From assembly GCA_965660075.1 (NCBI GenBank), contig CBFHYO010000065.1:538-64537 (forward strand): a stretch of DNA of 64,000 nt. The letters are read 5' to 3'. Source of the DNA: Patescibacteria group bacterium (lineage in GTDB: Bacteria > Patescibacteriota > Gracilibacteria > UBA1369 > GCA-2718715). Shown piece by piece: positions 36,264 through 44,445 of the stretch. The notes under the pieces were generated by a model. The model saw only the letters and a list, made by a program, of their open reading frames with translations. It was not told the origin of the DNA and searched no databases. The stretch's first letter is position 1. Each line of letters begins with the position of its first letter. The position numbers and the translations under genes are program-made.

Positions 36264-36338
36264 CGCGGAGTAGAGCAGTGGCAGCTCGTCAGGCTCATAA
36301 CCTGAAGGTCGGTGGTTCGAATCCACCCTCCGCAACCA
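36264..36338 (+). tRNA. Initiator tRNA-fMet (anticodon CAU), CCA encoded
   Basis: It is near-collinear with E. coli tRNA-fMet as recalled. It has the C1xA72 mismatch (CGCGGAG...CTCCGCAACCA), the A11:U24 pair and the anticodon loop CTCATAA. Only two of the three anticodon-stem G:C pairs are present. Confidence 0.85.
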
Positions 36339-36352
36339 AATAGATTCAAAAA

Positions 36353-36377
36353 CCCTAGATTAGTCTAGGGATTTTTT
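36353..36377. terminator. Bidirectional rho-independent terminator between tRNA-fMet and the convergent 660-aa gene
   Basis: The hairpin CCCTAGA-TTAG-TCTAGGG is flanked by an A-run upstream and ATTTTTT downstream. Confidence 0.8.
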
Positions 36378-38358
36378 ATTTTAGATACTCTGTAACTGCT
36401 TTGTGAAGATCTTCTTTAGACATATTGTGAGTACGATACAAATCAGTTATAAATTTTTTGACAGGTAATTTACCAAGGGAGCTCATTGCAAATGGAATGC
36501 TTAAATCTCCTATGCATAAATCTAAATGGCCCGACCCACTGTTACGGGTTCTAAGCTCCATTCCAAGTAATTTTGCCATCTTTGTTACTTGTCGGATATT
36601 AACAAAAGTTGGGTTTTCTCCATTAAAAGCTGATTTGATATATTCTATGTCTTGACTTTCTTGAACCTCGAAAATCTCTACAGGTGGGAGCGAATCGCTA
36701 TCGGCTGGGCGATCTAAGGTACCTTTGAATAATCTTCGGATTACAATTTCTAATGTTTGTAATTTAGAATTTATCTCTGATACAACATGGTTAATTTTGA
36801 ACTCAATTGAGTTAAATTCAATTGATTGTTGGTTGATCAATTCTTCTGCAAACTTTTTATTTTTTTGTGTAATAGACTCTGAATCAAAACCTTCGAAAAG
36901 ATCGGTAAACTCAGTAGTTAGAGTATCTGGAATAAATTCGGGTACTTGATCTGCTTTGCTTTCTTCTAAAGACTTTTGATACCAATCTAAAACCTCTGGA
37001 CTAGATATTTGAGACTGATTATCTAAACAATCTTCTATACTTTCATATAAGTTGTTTAGAGTATCTAGATGCATTAATTGACCCTTGATTTTGGAAGTAA
37101 TAAGTAAATAAGCACTTTGTAGTCGAATAAACTCACCCGCAGAAACCTTAGGTTCTAACCTAACCATGTTCAGTTTGTTTGGATTTTGATAAGAAGGTAT
37201 CGGAGTGGATTCAGCTTTAGTTTTTTTACTCGGGTTGATAAATCTTTTTTTCTTTTTAGGCTTTTTAGGTATTACTCTTGGATTTGTCAGAATATCGGTA
37301 TGTAATTTGGTTAACTCAGCCGAAGACAAGCTAGTTTCAATAGTCAGTAAGTCTCGAATTTGAGTAAAAGCACTTACGCTATAATGCACCTTAATATCCC
37401 TTGCTAAAGTTGAATATGTATCATGGTTGACTCTGGGTAAAAGCACATGCTTGAATACAATCAAGGTGGCTAGCTCTATAAAAGTTGACTCTATTGTTGC
37501 AAGTAACTCTTTATTTATAGAGAGTGGTTCTATGTCATCAAATAGTTTAATTAAGTTAGATGGAATATATGTTTTTTCATTTGGATCAACAAATTCTAAG
37601 GAAGAATCCCTAAACTTTCTAGTAAAAAAGTTCAAATAGGACTTTTCTAAATCAAAAAAGATAGTTGTGACAAATGCCTTTGGAGATAAATTTGCATACT
37701 TAGATCTATATTGAATATCTCGAAAATCCCAATCTAATTCAAATACTGGCGCAAAACTAATGAAAAAATTTAGTATTAAATTGTGAAATATAGATAAGAA
37801 TAATTTGGCAACTTTTTCAATTTCTGGATCTTTAACAACTGTCATATCGTGTAACTCAATCAAGAAATGCTCTAGATTTTGTAAAACGTCATCTGAATTA
37901 GAGTTGATTGATTTTGTAAAATCTTCAAAAATATCGTTAAAAACAGGGTTCACTGCAAAAATCTCATCATCAATTGGCAAGCAGGCATATTCAATCTCGC
38001 ATAATGAAATAGCGGCAAGCATTAGTATTTCCTCATACCGCGCTTTAACTCTAGTTACAATATTAGAGATTGTTTCTGTGGTTTGTACCACTTCGCAAAA
38101 TAAATTGTCACCTGATTTCAGTTGCATTTCTCGAACTGTGTCTGTTGTAAGTGAGGGTAAAGTTGCAGGTTTGAAACGTGTTAAATCCATCGGAGATGCA
38201 AGTCTTATAAACTTCCCATACAAAAAATAGTTTGGCTGATGAACAACTTTAATTGCATCTCCAATTATAGTTGTTGAGTCATCTGGTAGCATGTACCTAC
38301 CAGCTTCTAGGTTTCTATACTGGGCTTCTCTTAATTGTGAAGGTGAAATTTTTTTCAA
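36376..38358 (-). CDS. Large hypothetical protein with a C-terminal HicA/YcfA-like domain
   Basis: This is a 660-aa ORF. The track start is TTG at 38358, and the first ATG is at 38292. The N-terminal region of about 370 aa has no recognisable family. A basic linker (PKKPKKKKRFINPSKKTK) follows. The last 76 aa or so, KMAKLLGMELRTRNSGSGHLDL...SIPF...KLPVKKFITDLYR, fit the HicA pattern G(F/W)xxxRxxGSH...vP.H...l..iLk. Confidence 0.5.
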   Translation of the reverse strand: MKKISPSQLREAQYRNLEAGRYMLPDDSTTIIGDAIKVVHQPNYFLYGKFIRLASPMDLTRFKPATLPSLTTDTVREMQLKSGDNLFCEVVQTTETISNIVTRVKARYEEILMLAAISLCEIEYACLPIDDEIFAVNPVFNDIFEDFTKSINSNSDDVLQNLEHFLIELHDMTVVKDPEIEKVAKLFLSIFHNLILNFFISFAPVFELDWDFRDIQYRSKYANLSPKAFVTTIFFDLEKSYLNFFTRKFRDSSLEFVDPNEKTYIPSNLIKLFDDIEPLSINKELLATIESTFIELATLIVFKHVLLPRVNHDTYSTLARDIKVHYSVSAFTQIRDLLTIETSLSSAELTKLHTDILTNPRVIPKKPKKKKRFINPSKKTKAESTPIPSYQNPNKLNMVRLEPKVSAGEFIRLQSAYLLITSKIKGQLMHLDTLNNLYESIEDCLDNQSQISSPEVLDWYQKSLEESKADQVPEFIPDTLTTEFTDLFEGFDSESITQKNKKFAEELINQQSIEFNSIEFKINHVVSEINSKLQTLEIVIRRLFKGTLDRPADSDSLPPVEIFEVQESQDIEYIKSAFNGENPTFVNIRQVTKMAKLLGMELRTRNSGSGHLDLCIGDLSIPFAMSSLGKLPVKKFITDLYRTHNMSKEDLHKAVTEYLK

Positions 38359-38476
38359 ATTACTGACAGTTAACTTGTTTTGATTTTAGAAAACTTTTCT
38401 TGTTATGTCAATATGTTGTTTTTGGTTGATTAAAGTAGTTTTTGATCTTAAAATAAAGAAAATTAAATGTTAAGTT

Positions 38477-39748
38477 ATGAATCTCATCCAACCAAGACTA
38501 CTCAAAGGCTTTCGAGACTTTGGTCCCAAAGAATCTATGCGTAGAACCCAAATAATTGAAACTATTAGATCTGTATATGAAAAATATGGCTTTGATGAAA
38601 TCGAAACTCCTATTCTTGAATATTCCGAGATATTGTTTGGAAAAATGGGTGGAGAGGCAGAAAAACTAACTTATAACTTTGAGGACCATGGTGGTCGTGG
38701 GGTTTGTATGAAATATGACCATACTGTGAGTTTTACAAGATACTATGCTCAAAATTTTAGTAAACTTGCTTCACCGTTTAAGAGATATCAGTTTGGACCT
38801 GTTTTTCGTGCAGATAAAAATCAGAAAAATCGATATAGACAATTATATCAATTCGATGCAGATGTGATTGGAGCAAACACCTTGCACTCAGAAATTGAAT
38901 TAATTGCGATGATGATAAATGCCTACAAAGCTTGCGGACTTAAAGATTTTAAGGTGAGACTTAATGATCGTGTGCTTGTGGATGGATTACTAGAAGCCAT
39001 TGGAATTGACCATGGGCATAAATATCAAGTAATTGGTGTTATAGATAGAGTGCATAAAATAGGGCTGGAAAATACTTTCGAGGAGTTTAAGAAAATTGGT
39101 GTTTCTAAGGACAAAGCTTTGAAACTTATCGATGCTATTGATGTTCATGGTAATCAATTATCACAATTGCAAAAAATTCATGGTGTTAACACTCTAAGAC
39201 TAGAAAAAATAATAGAAACATTGGACAACCTAGGATTGTCAGAGTTTATAGAATTCGATTTTAGTATCGTGCGCGGATTAGATTATTATACTGGTGTTGT
39301 TTTAGAAGTAACTGTTGATGAAGTTGCGGGTTCGATTGGGGCTGGTGGCAGATACGATGATCTATGCTCTTTATTTACCAGACAGCAATTTAGTGGATTT
39401 GGCTTGTCTATTGGAATAGATAGACTTTATGATGGACTAGAGGCTCAAGGATACTTTGATGAGTCTTCAACCAAAACTAAAGTATTAATTTCTGTTTATG
39501 GTGAAGGAACTTATTTAAAGAGCTTGCAATTGCAAAAAACTTTACATGAAAATGGTATTGCAGCAGAGGTGTATCCTGATGAAGATAAACTAAAGAAACA
39601 ATTAAAATATGCTGATCGAAAAGGTATTGGTTTTGTTTTGCTTGCTGGTCCACAAGAAATTGCAAATGGAGAATATGTTTTAAAAGATATGTTCTCGGGT
39701 GAGCAAGAACATGTGAATGAAAAAAAGCTAATCGAAAGATTAGCTTAG
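38477..39748 (+). CDS. hisS: Histidine--tRNA ligase, archaeal/eukaryal-like type
   Basis: MKYDHTVSFTRYYA resembles LRYDLTVPFARY. FRADKNQKNRYRQLYQFDADVIG resembles the eukaryal RGRYREFYQCDFDIAG. The motifs RGLDYYTGVV and GAGGRYDDL are canonical, and an anticodon-binding domain is present. Confidence 0.85.
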   Translation: MNLIQPRLLKGFRDFGPKESMRRTQIIETIRSVYEKYGFDEIETPILEYSEILFGKMGGEAEKLTYNFEDHGGRGVCMKYDHTVSFTRYYAQNFSKLASPFKRYQFGPVFRADKNQKNRYRQLYQFDADVIGANTLHSEIELIAMMINAYKACGLKDFKVRLNDRVLVDGLLEAIGIDHGHKYQVIGVIDRVHKIGLENTFEEFKKIGVSKDKALKLIDAIDVHGNQLSQLQKIHGVNTLRLEKIIETLDNLGLSEFIEFDFSIVRGLDYYTGVVLEVTVDEVAGSIGAGGRYDDLCSLFTRQQFSGFGLSIGIDRLYDGLEAQGYFDESSTKTKVLISVYGEGTYLKSLQLQKTLHENGIAAEVYPDEDKLKKQLKYADRKGIGFVLLAGPQEIANGEYVLKDMFSGEQEHVNEKKLIERLA

Positions 39749-39765
39749 ATCATAAATTTAAATAC

Positions 39766-41016
39766 TTAAGAGTTGAGTAGTTGCTCGATTCTGAGTAATC
39801 GATTGTATTTACAAGTTCGTTCTGATCTACAGAGCGAACCTGTTTTTATTTGACCTGTCTGCATTCCGACTGCTAAATCTGCAATAAGACTATCTTCTGA
39901 ATCTCCAGATCTATGAGAAACAACTGTGTTCCAGGCGTTGTTTTTTGCTACATTAATAGCATCTACTGTTTCTGTAATTGTGCCTATTTGGTTTGGTTTG
40001 ATTAGCACTGCGTTACATGAATTATTTTCGATTGCATCTACAATTAAATCTGGATTTGTAACCAGGTAGTCATCCCCTACAACCTGGATTTTATCTCCAA
40101 GTTTTTGCATAAACTCTATCCAACCTTGAGTATCTGATTCATCCATAGGATCTTCGATAGAAAATATTGGGTAGTCCTCACACATTTTTGCAAAGTAATC
40201 AACCAGTTGAGACGAGGAAAACTCTTGCATTTGATTGTCTACCATCATTTTATAAACACCATCACTATAAAACTCTGATGCAGCTACATCTAAACAAATA
40301 TAAACATCGACACCTGGTGTATACCCAGACTCATTGATTGCTTGAACCAAAAAATCCAAAGCATGCTCGTTACTTTCAAGGTTGGGTGCAAATCCCCCCT
40401 CGTCTCCGACAGAAACTTTATAACCTGCATTTTTAAGTAGCTTTTTAAGCGTGTGAAAAATTTCCGAGCCAACTCGAATTTGTTCAGCTGTAGTTTGCAG
40501 ACCCAAAGGCATAATCATGAATTCTTGGATACTCAATCCTGAATCAGCATGAGCTCCTCCATTGATTAAATTCATCATTGGAATAGGCATCATAAAATTT
40601 TGTGCATCTATGTCAAAATATTCAAACAATGCCAAGTTTTGAGAACTGGCAGATAGTTTTGCATAAGCCATAGAACAAGCTAAAATAGCATTAGCACCAA
40701 GTTTGGACTTGTTTGGTGTACCATCTAACTGCTTTAAGATTTCATCAAATTCTCGCTGTTGACCAAGTTTAAAATTGAGGATTTTGGGTACAATGGTTTG
40801 CTCTATGTTTTTAATGGCTTTTGTGACAGATTTACCATGATAAATAGTTGGATCATTATCTCTAAGCTCTACAGCTTCGCGTGTGCCTGTAGATGCGCCA
40901 GATGGGACAATTGATGACTCCATATGGCCACTAGATGAATACATAAAAACCTGAATCGTTGGATTCCCTCTCGAATCTAAAACTTGCAGGGCTTGAACTT
41001 TTGAAATTTCTGACAT
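39766..41016 (-). CDS. eno: Enolase
   Basis: It has ALQVLDSRGNPT, GGAHAD, DDYLVTN and SHRSGDSEDSLIADLAV. Confidence 0.95.
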   Translation of the reverse strand: MSEISKVQALQVLDSRGNPTIQVFMYSSSGHMESSIVPSGASTGTREAVELRDNDPTIYHGKSVTKAIKNIEQTIVPKILNFKLGQQREFDEILKQLDGTPNKSKLGANAILACSMAYAKLSASSQNLALFEYFDIDAQNFMMPIPMMNLINGGAHADSGLSIQEFMIMPLGLQTTAEQIRVGSEIFHTLKKLLKNAGYKVSVGDEGGFAPNLESNEHALDFLVQAINESGYTPGVDVYICLDVAASEFYSDGVYKMMVDNQMQEFSSSQLVDYFAKMCEDYPIFSIEDPMDESDTQGWIEFMQKLGDKIQVVGDDYLVTNPDLIVDAIENNSCNAVLIKPNQIGTITETVDAINVAKNNAWNTVVSHRSGDSEDSLIADLAVGMQTGQIKTGSLCRSERTCKYNRLLRIEQLLNS

Positions 41017-41113
41017 TTTGATAGTTTATTAATAGCTGAACTAATTGTAGACTCAAAAAAAGCTTTATTCAAATGTAGTTTTTTGCTAGAGTGATGGCAT
41101 GTAAAAAGAAACT

Positions 41114-41701
41114 ATGGAAATTAAATTTTTAAACGCTGATACTCTTAATATCAAAACAAAAGAGGTGAACATTCTTTTGGATCCAAGCATGGATGAATTA
41201 AAAGCTAATAAAGCTGATATAGCTATTACAACTACAGATAAATTCGATATTGCGAAAAGTGACATTTTAAAATTCGACTGGCCTGGAGAATACGAAGCAA
41301 AAAATGTTTTGGTTAAATCGATTGCTACAGAAGATCAAAACAAACAAGAAGTTCGAATTGTAACTATGGAAATAGACGGTGTAAATACAGCTTACATTGG
41401 GTCTATTGATACTATCCCAAGTAACAAAAAATTGTTTGAAGAACTTTCAATAGTAGAAGTTTTAATTTTAAATTCAAACCTTAGTAGTAAACAAAGTTTA
41501 GAAATAATTGAAGAAATAGAACCAAAAATTGTTGTATTAGCAGCAAATAATTCACACGTTGATGAAAGTGGAGTTTCTATATTTGAAAAAATACGTAAGG
41601 AAATTGGTAAATTAGAATCTGAAATTGAAGAAAAAACTGTTATCAAAATTGATCCAGACGCTTTGGATTCTCAAATAGAATACAAGTTTATTTCTATTTA
41701 A
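41114..41701 (+). CDS. Hypothetical protein, possibly a degenerate beta-lactamase-fold (UPF0173-like) protein
   Basis: This 195-aa protein has an N-terminal beta-strand pattern, MEIKFLNADTLNIKTKEVNILLDP, that resembles MBL-fold proteins. No HxHxDH motif is present. Confidence 0.35.
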   Translation: MEIKFLNADTLNIKTKEVNILLDPSMDELKANKADIAITTTDKFDIAKSDILKFDWPGEYEAKNVLVKSIATEDQNKQEVRIVTMEIDGVNTAYIGSIDTIPSNKKLFEELSIVEVLILNSNLSSKQSLEIIEEIEPKIVVLAANNSHVDESGVSIFEKIRKEIGKLESEIEEKTVIKIDPDALDSQIEYKFISI

Positions 41702-41715
41702 ATTAGCGGATAAAC

Positions 41716-41790
41716 GTCCTCATAGTTCAATGGATAGAACGAAAGCCTCCTAAGCTTTAGATTCAGGTTCGATTCCTGATGGGGACACCA
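41716..41790 (+). tRNA. tRNA-Arg (anticodon CCU), CCA encoded
   Basis: It folds by hand. The acceptor stem is GTCCTCA/TGGGGAC and the D stem is GTTC/GAAC. The anticodon stem AAAGC/GCTTT carries the loop CTCCTAA. The T arm is TCAGG-TTCGATT-CCTGA. Confidence 0.9.
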
Positions 41791-41834
41791 GTTCGTTCGT
41801 CGGCTTCGGTCCGAAAACACTCGATACTCTTTCA

Positions 41835-42085
41835 AGCATCTCGTGATTCTCCCTTGCCTCCTCTCTCACCAGAAACGGGGCTTTTTTTTAATTAAGTTTG
41901 TTTTAAAGACTATGTCTGAACACAATTCGTTTGTCTAGCTTTACTCCAAAAACTCACGTCTCTTTATTTGAGCATCTCGTGATTCTCATATGCCTCCTCT
42001 CTCACCAGAAACGGGGCTTTTTTTTAATGGGCACAAAAATACGTCTGAACACAATTCGTTTATTCAGCTTTAATCCAAAAAACTT
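41835..42085 (+). repeat. Two-copy tandem duplication of non-coding sequence 3' of tRNA-Arg
   Basis: Module A (57 nt ending GGGGC-T8-AA) lies at 41835-41891 and 41971-42027, with 3 mismatches. Module B (GTCTGAACACAATTCGTTT...CCAAAAAC) starts at 41914 and 42043, with several mismatches. The spacers between the modules differ. Confidence 0.9.
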
Positions 42086-42109
42086 TCGCAAATCTAGAAT
42101 AAGCCATTT

Positions 42110-43012
42110 TTAGTTGCGGTCGTTGAGTTCTAAGAATGTGAAGGTCCAAACTGCCTGCGTGAAAATACGAAGAGCTCCTCCAAGCTTTCCAATAAAATAC
42201 AAAAACAATGCGGTTATTATATAAATTAGCGCTAGCTTGTATTGCATTAAATTTAAAGCTGTTAGAGCAGTTACAATATAGCTAAATAGAATTGGAATCA
42301 GGACCACAATAACAAGGTTGAGCAAAATTCGAAGACCTATAAGTGCTAGTAAGAAAAGGATTAGTACAGTTTCTTTAAGGTTTTCAAGCACTAGGCTTGA
42401 AGATTTTTTAAGACTGGTAAATACATCTTCCCCATCTATAACAATGTAATTTTCTGCATAGGTAAACAAAAAACTAAATATCAAACCAATCAGAAATAAA
42501 AGTATTAAAAATGGCGCAAAAAGTTTGAGTGCATCTGGGGTAAGATAAATATAAATATAACCTGCAACTCTTAGGATAGTGAAAGAAGAAAAAGCAAACA
42601 AAACACCGTGATACTCTGTAAGTTTAACAAAATTCAACCATCCATATTTGATACCAGATGAGAGTTTAACTGGTTCCTGATTGTACTTTTTGGCAATAAT
42701 TTGAATAGATGCACCTTCGCAGAAAATTGGTAGAAATAACTCTAAGACAAACACAACCAATCCTCCGCCCATTAAAATCCAAAACAAATCTGGATTTGTT
42801 TGAAAAGTGTTTTTAACAAAACCTATTAAATCTTCATATAAGTGAATGTCTGCTCGTCCGGCTTTGGTTAGAACACTTGTAGACTGAAAAATAAGGACTA
42901 GCATGGTCGATGCTGTTGCAAATATTGCTGGCCAGAAAGCGTAGTATGTGACTAGCTTTTTGTTTGAGAGGGTAAAGTCCCAAGCTTGCGATATTAGCTT
43001 TTTATAATTCAT
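42110..43012 (-). CDS. Multi-pass membrane protein, unknown function
   Basis: It has about 6-7 hydrophobic helices. The track start at 43024 is TTG, and the ATG at 43012 (MNYKKLISQAW) is preferred. I recognise no family. Confidence 0.55.
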   Translation of the reverse strand: MNYKKLISQAWDFTLSNKKLVTYYAFWPAIFATASTMLVLIFQSTSVLTKAGRADIHLYEDLIGFVKNTFQTNPDLFWILMGGGLVVFVLELFLPIFCEGASIQIIAKKYNQEPVKLSSGIKYGWLNFVKLTEYHGVLFAFSSFTILRVAGYIYIYLTPDALKLFAPFLILLFLIGLIFSFLFTYAENYIVIDGEDVFTSLKKSSSLVLENLKETVLILFLLALIGLRILLNLVIVVLIPILFSYIVTALTALNLMQYKLALIYIITALFLYFIGKLGGALRIFTQAVWTFTFLELNDRN

Positions 43013-43098
43013 GAAAATTCTCAAATTTAGGTTTAATATAACAGGTGTATTGTTGATTTGAAATTGTCACAAGCGGATTTTTATGCTATACTAAGAGC

Positions 43099-44019
43099 AT
43101 GAAAACAGAAATGCAAACTATCAACGGTCATAATATCAAATGGGTTAATATTCCAAACCCATCAACAGATGATATTAATTTACTTGAAAAAGAGTATAAA
43201 TTTCACCATTTAGATCTAGAAGACTGCCTTACAGAAAACCAAAGGGCGAAAATAGATCGATATGATGATTATACTTTCTTGATTTTGCATCTGCCTACTT
43301 TGCATAAAAAAACTAAAAGAATTGTCTACAAGGAGATTGATATTTTTATTTCAAACGATTTTTTGATTTGCTTGCATGAAGACCATGGTTTTTTGAATGA
43401 CATTTTTGATTCTGCTCAAAACAACGACATTGTTGCTAATGATTATATGGCTAGTGGACCTGGGTATCTTTTATACAAAATTCTGAACCAAATGTTTGAG
43501 GATTTGTTTAAGATAGTTGATGATTTATCTCGTGAAGTTAATAAAATTGAAAAGGAAGTTTTTCAAACAGAAAACAATCGCGATATGCTAAAAGATATCT
43601 TGCTATTAAAAAAAGACATTATCAATTTTAGAAGAATTATTTTACCACAAAGAACTATCATTGCTCAGTTAGAACACATGACATTCTCTAATCGAGATGA
43701 TGATCTAGAAGTCTATTTTGATAATGTGGTAGATAAAATCGAAAAGATTTTTGCGACTCTGGAAAACTTATATGAACTGGTCGAAAGTTTGCATCAAACA
43801 AATGAGTCGATTATTTTTCACAATACAAACAATGTTATTAAGGTATTAACTGTGTTCTCGGTTGTAATGTTGCCGCTAACTTTTGTGACTGGTTTTTATG
43901 GGATGAATGTCGCCTTGCCACTTCAGAATTCGGAGAATTCAGTTATGTGGATTGTGTTTTTCATGCTTACAATCCTTGGTTCTATGCTTGGATATTTTAA
44001 ATATAAAGATTGGATTTAA
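43099..44019 (+). CDS. corA: Magnesium/cobalt transporter CorA
   Basis: It has a cytoplasmic N-domain, two C-terminal TM helices and the signature FYGMNV. Confidence 0.9.
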   Translation: MKTEMQTINGHNIKWVNIPNPSTDDINLLEKEYKFHHLDLEDCLTENQRAKIDRYDDYTFLILHLPTLHKKTKRIVYKEIDIFISNDFLICLHEDHGFLNDIFDSAQNNDIVANDYMASGPGYLLYKILNQMFEDLFKIVDDLSREVNKIEKEVFQTENNRDMLKDILLLKKDIINFRRIILPQRTIIAQLEHMTFSNRDDDLEVYFDNVVDKIEKIFATLENLYELVESLHQTNESIIFHNTNNVIKVLTVFSVVMLPLTFVTGFYGMNVALPLQNSENSVMWIVFFMLTILGSMLGYFKYKDWI

Positions 44020-44096
44020 TAATTTAAAAGTTTTTCTATTGCCAAAATTTGGGTTATATGCTAGATTGGTTACGCTTTTAATAATGAATATTAAAT

Positions 44097-44360
44097 ATGA
44101 ACGGCCAAAAGAAAAAAGTTATAATGGGTAAATACGGAACTCATTCAAATGACACTGGTTCATCTGTTGTACAAGTTGCTATTTTAACTCAAAGAATTGT
44201 AGAGTTATCAGACCATTTAAAACAACATCCTAAAGACAAAGATTCTAGACGTGGATTGTTAGGTTTAGTTGCTAAAAGAAGAAGACATCTAAACTACCTT
44301 AAGTTTAATAACGAAGAAGCTTATAAAAAGCTTACAGAAGAATTAACTTTGAAAAGCTAA
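44097..44360 (+). CDS. rpsO: 30S ribosomal protein S15
   Basis: It has NDTGSSVVQVAILTQRI..L..HLKQHPKDKDSRRGLLGLVAKRRRHLNYL. Confidence 0.95.
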   Translation: MNGQKKKVIMGKYGTHSNDTGSSVVQVAILTQRIVELSDHLKQHPKDKDSRRGLLGLVAKRRRHLNYLKFNNEEAYKKLTEELTLKS

Positions 44361-44368
44361 AAAATTAG

Positions 44369-44400
44369 CCCTCACGAATTGTGAGGGTTTCTTTTTTTTT
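44369..44400 (+). terminator. Rho-independent terminator or attenuator between rpsO and pnp
   Basis: The hairpin is CCCTCAC-GAATT-GTGAGGG followed by TTTCTTTTTTTTT. Confidence 0.8.
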
Positions 44401-44445
44401 AGAAATAAATATACTATTACAGAAGAAATTATAAAAAAATAAAAT

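Noticed and set aside
37805-38230. Antisense ORFs inside the large genes, for example 141 aa at 37805-38230, 140 aa at 62323-62745, 106 aa at 56077-56397 and 99 aa at 53729-54028.
   Set aside because: Each lies wholly within a longer, better-supported ORF on the opposite strand. The peptides are Ser/Gly/Leu-rich mirror-frame sequences with no start-site context or motifs.
41931-42113. The 60-aa ORF within the tRNA-Arg flank repeat, and a short minus-strand ORF with a GGAGG upstream that reads into the tRNA.
   Set aside because: Both are short and overlap the repeat or the tRNA. The GGAGG lies 17 nt from the ATG. There is no supporting coding signal.
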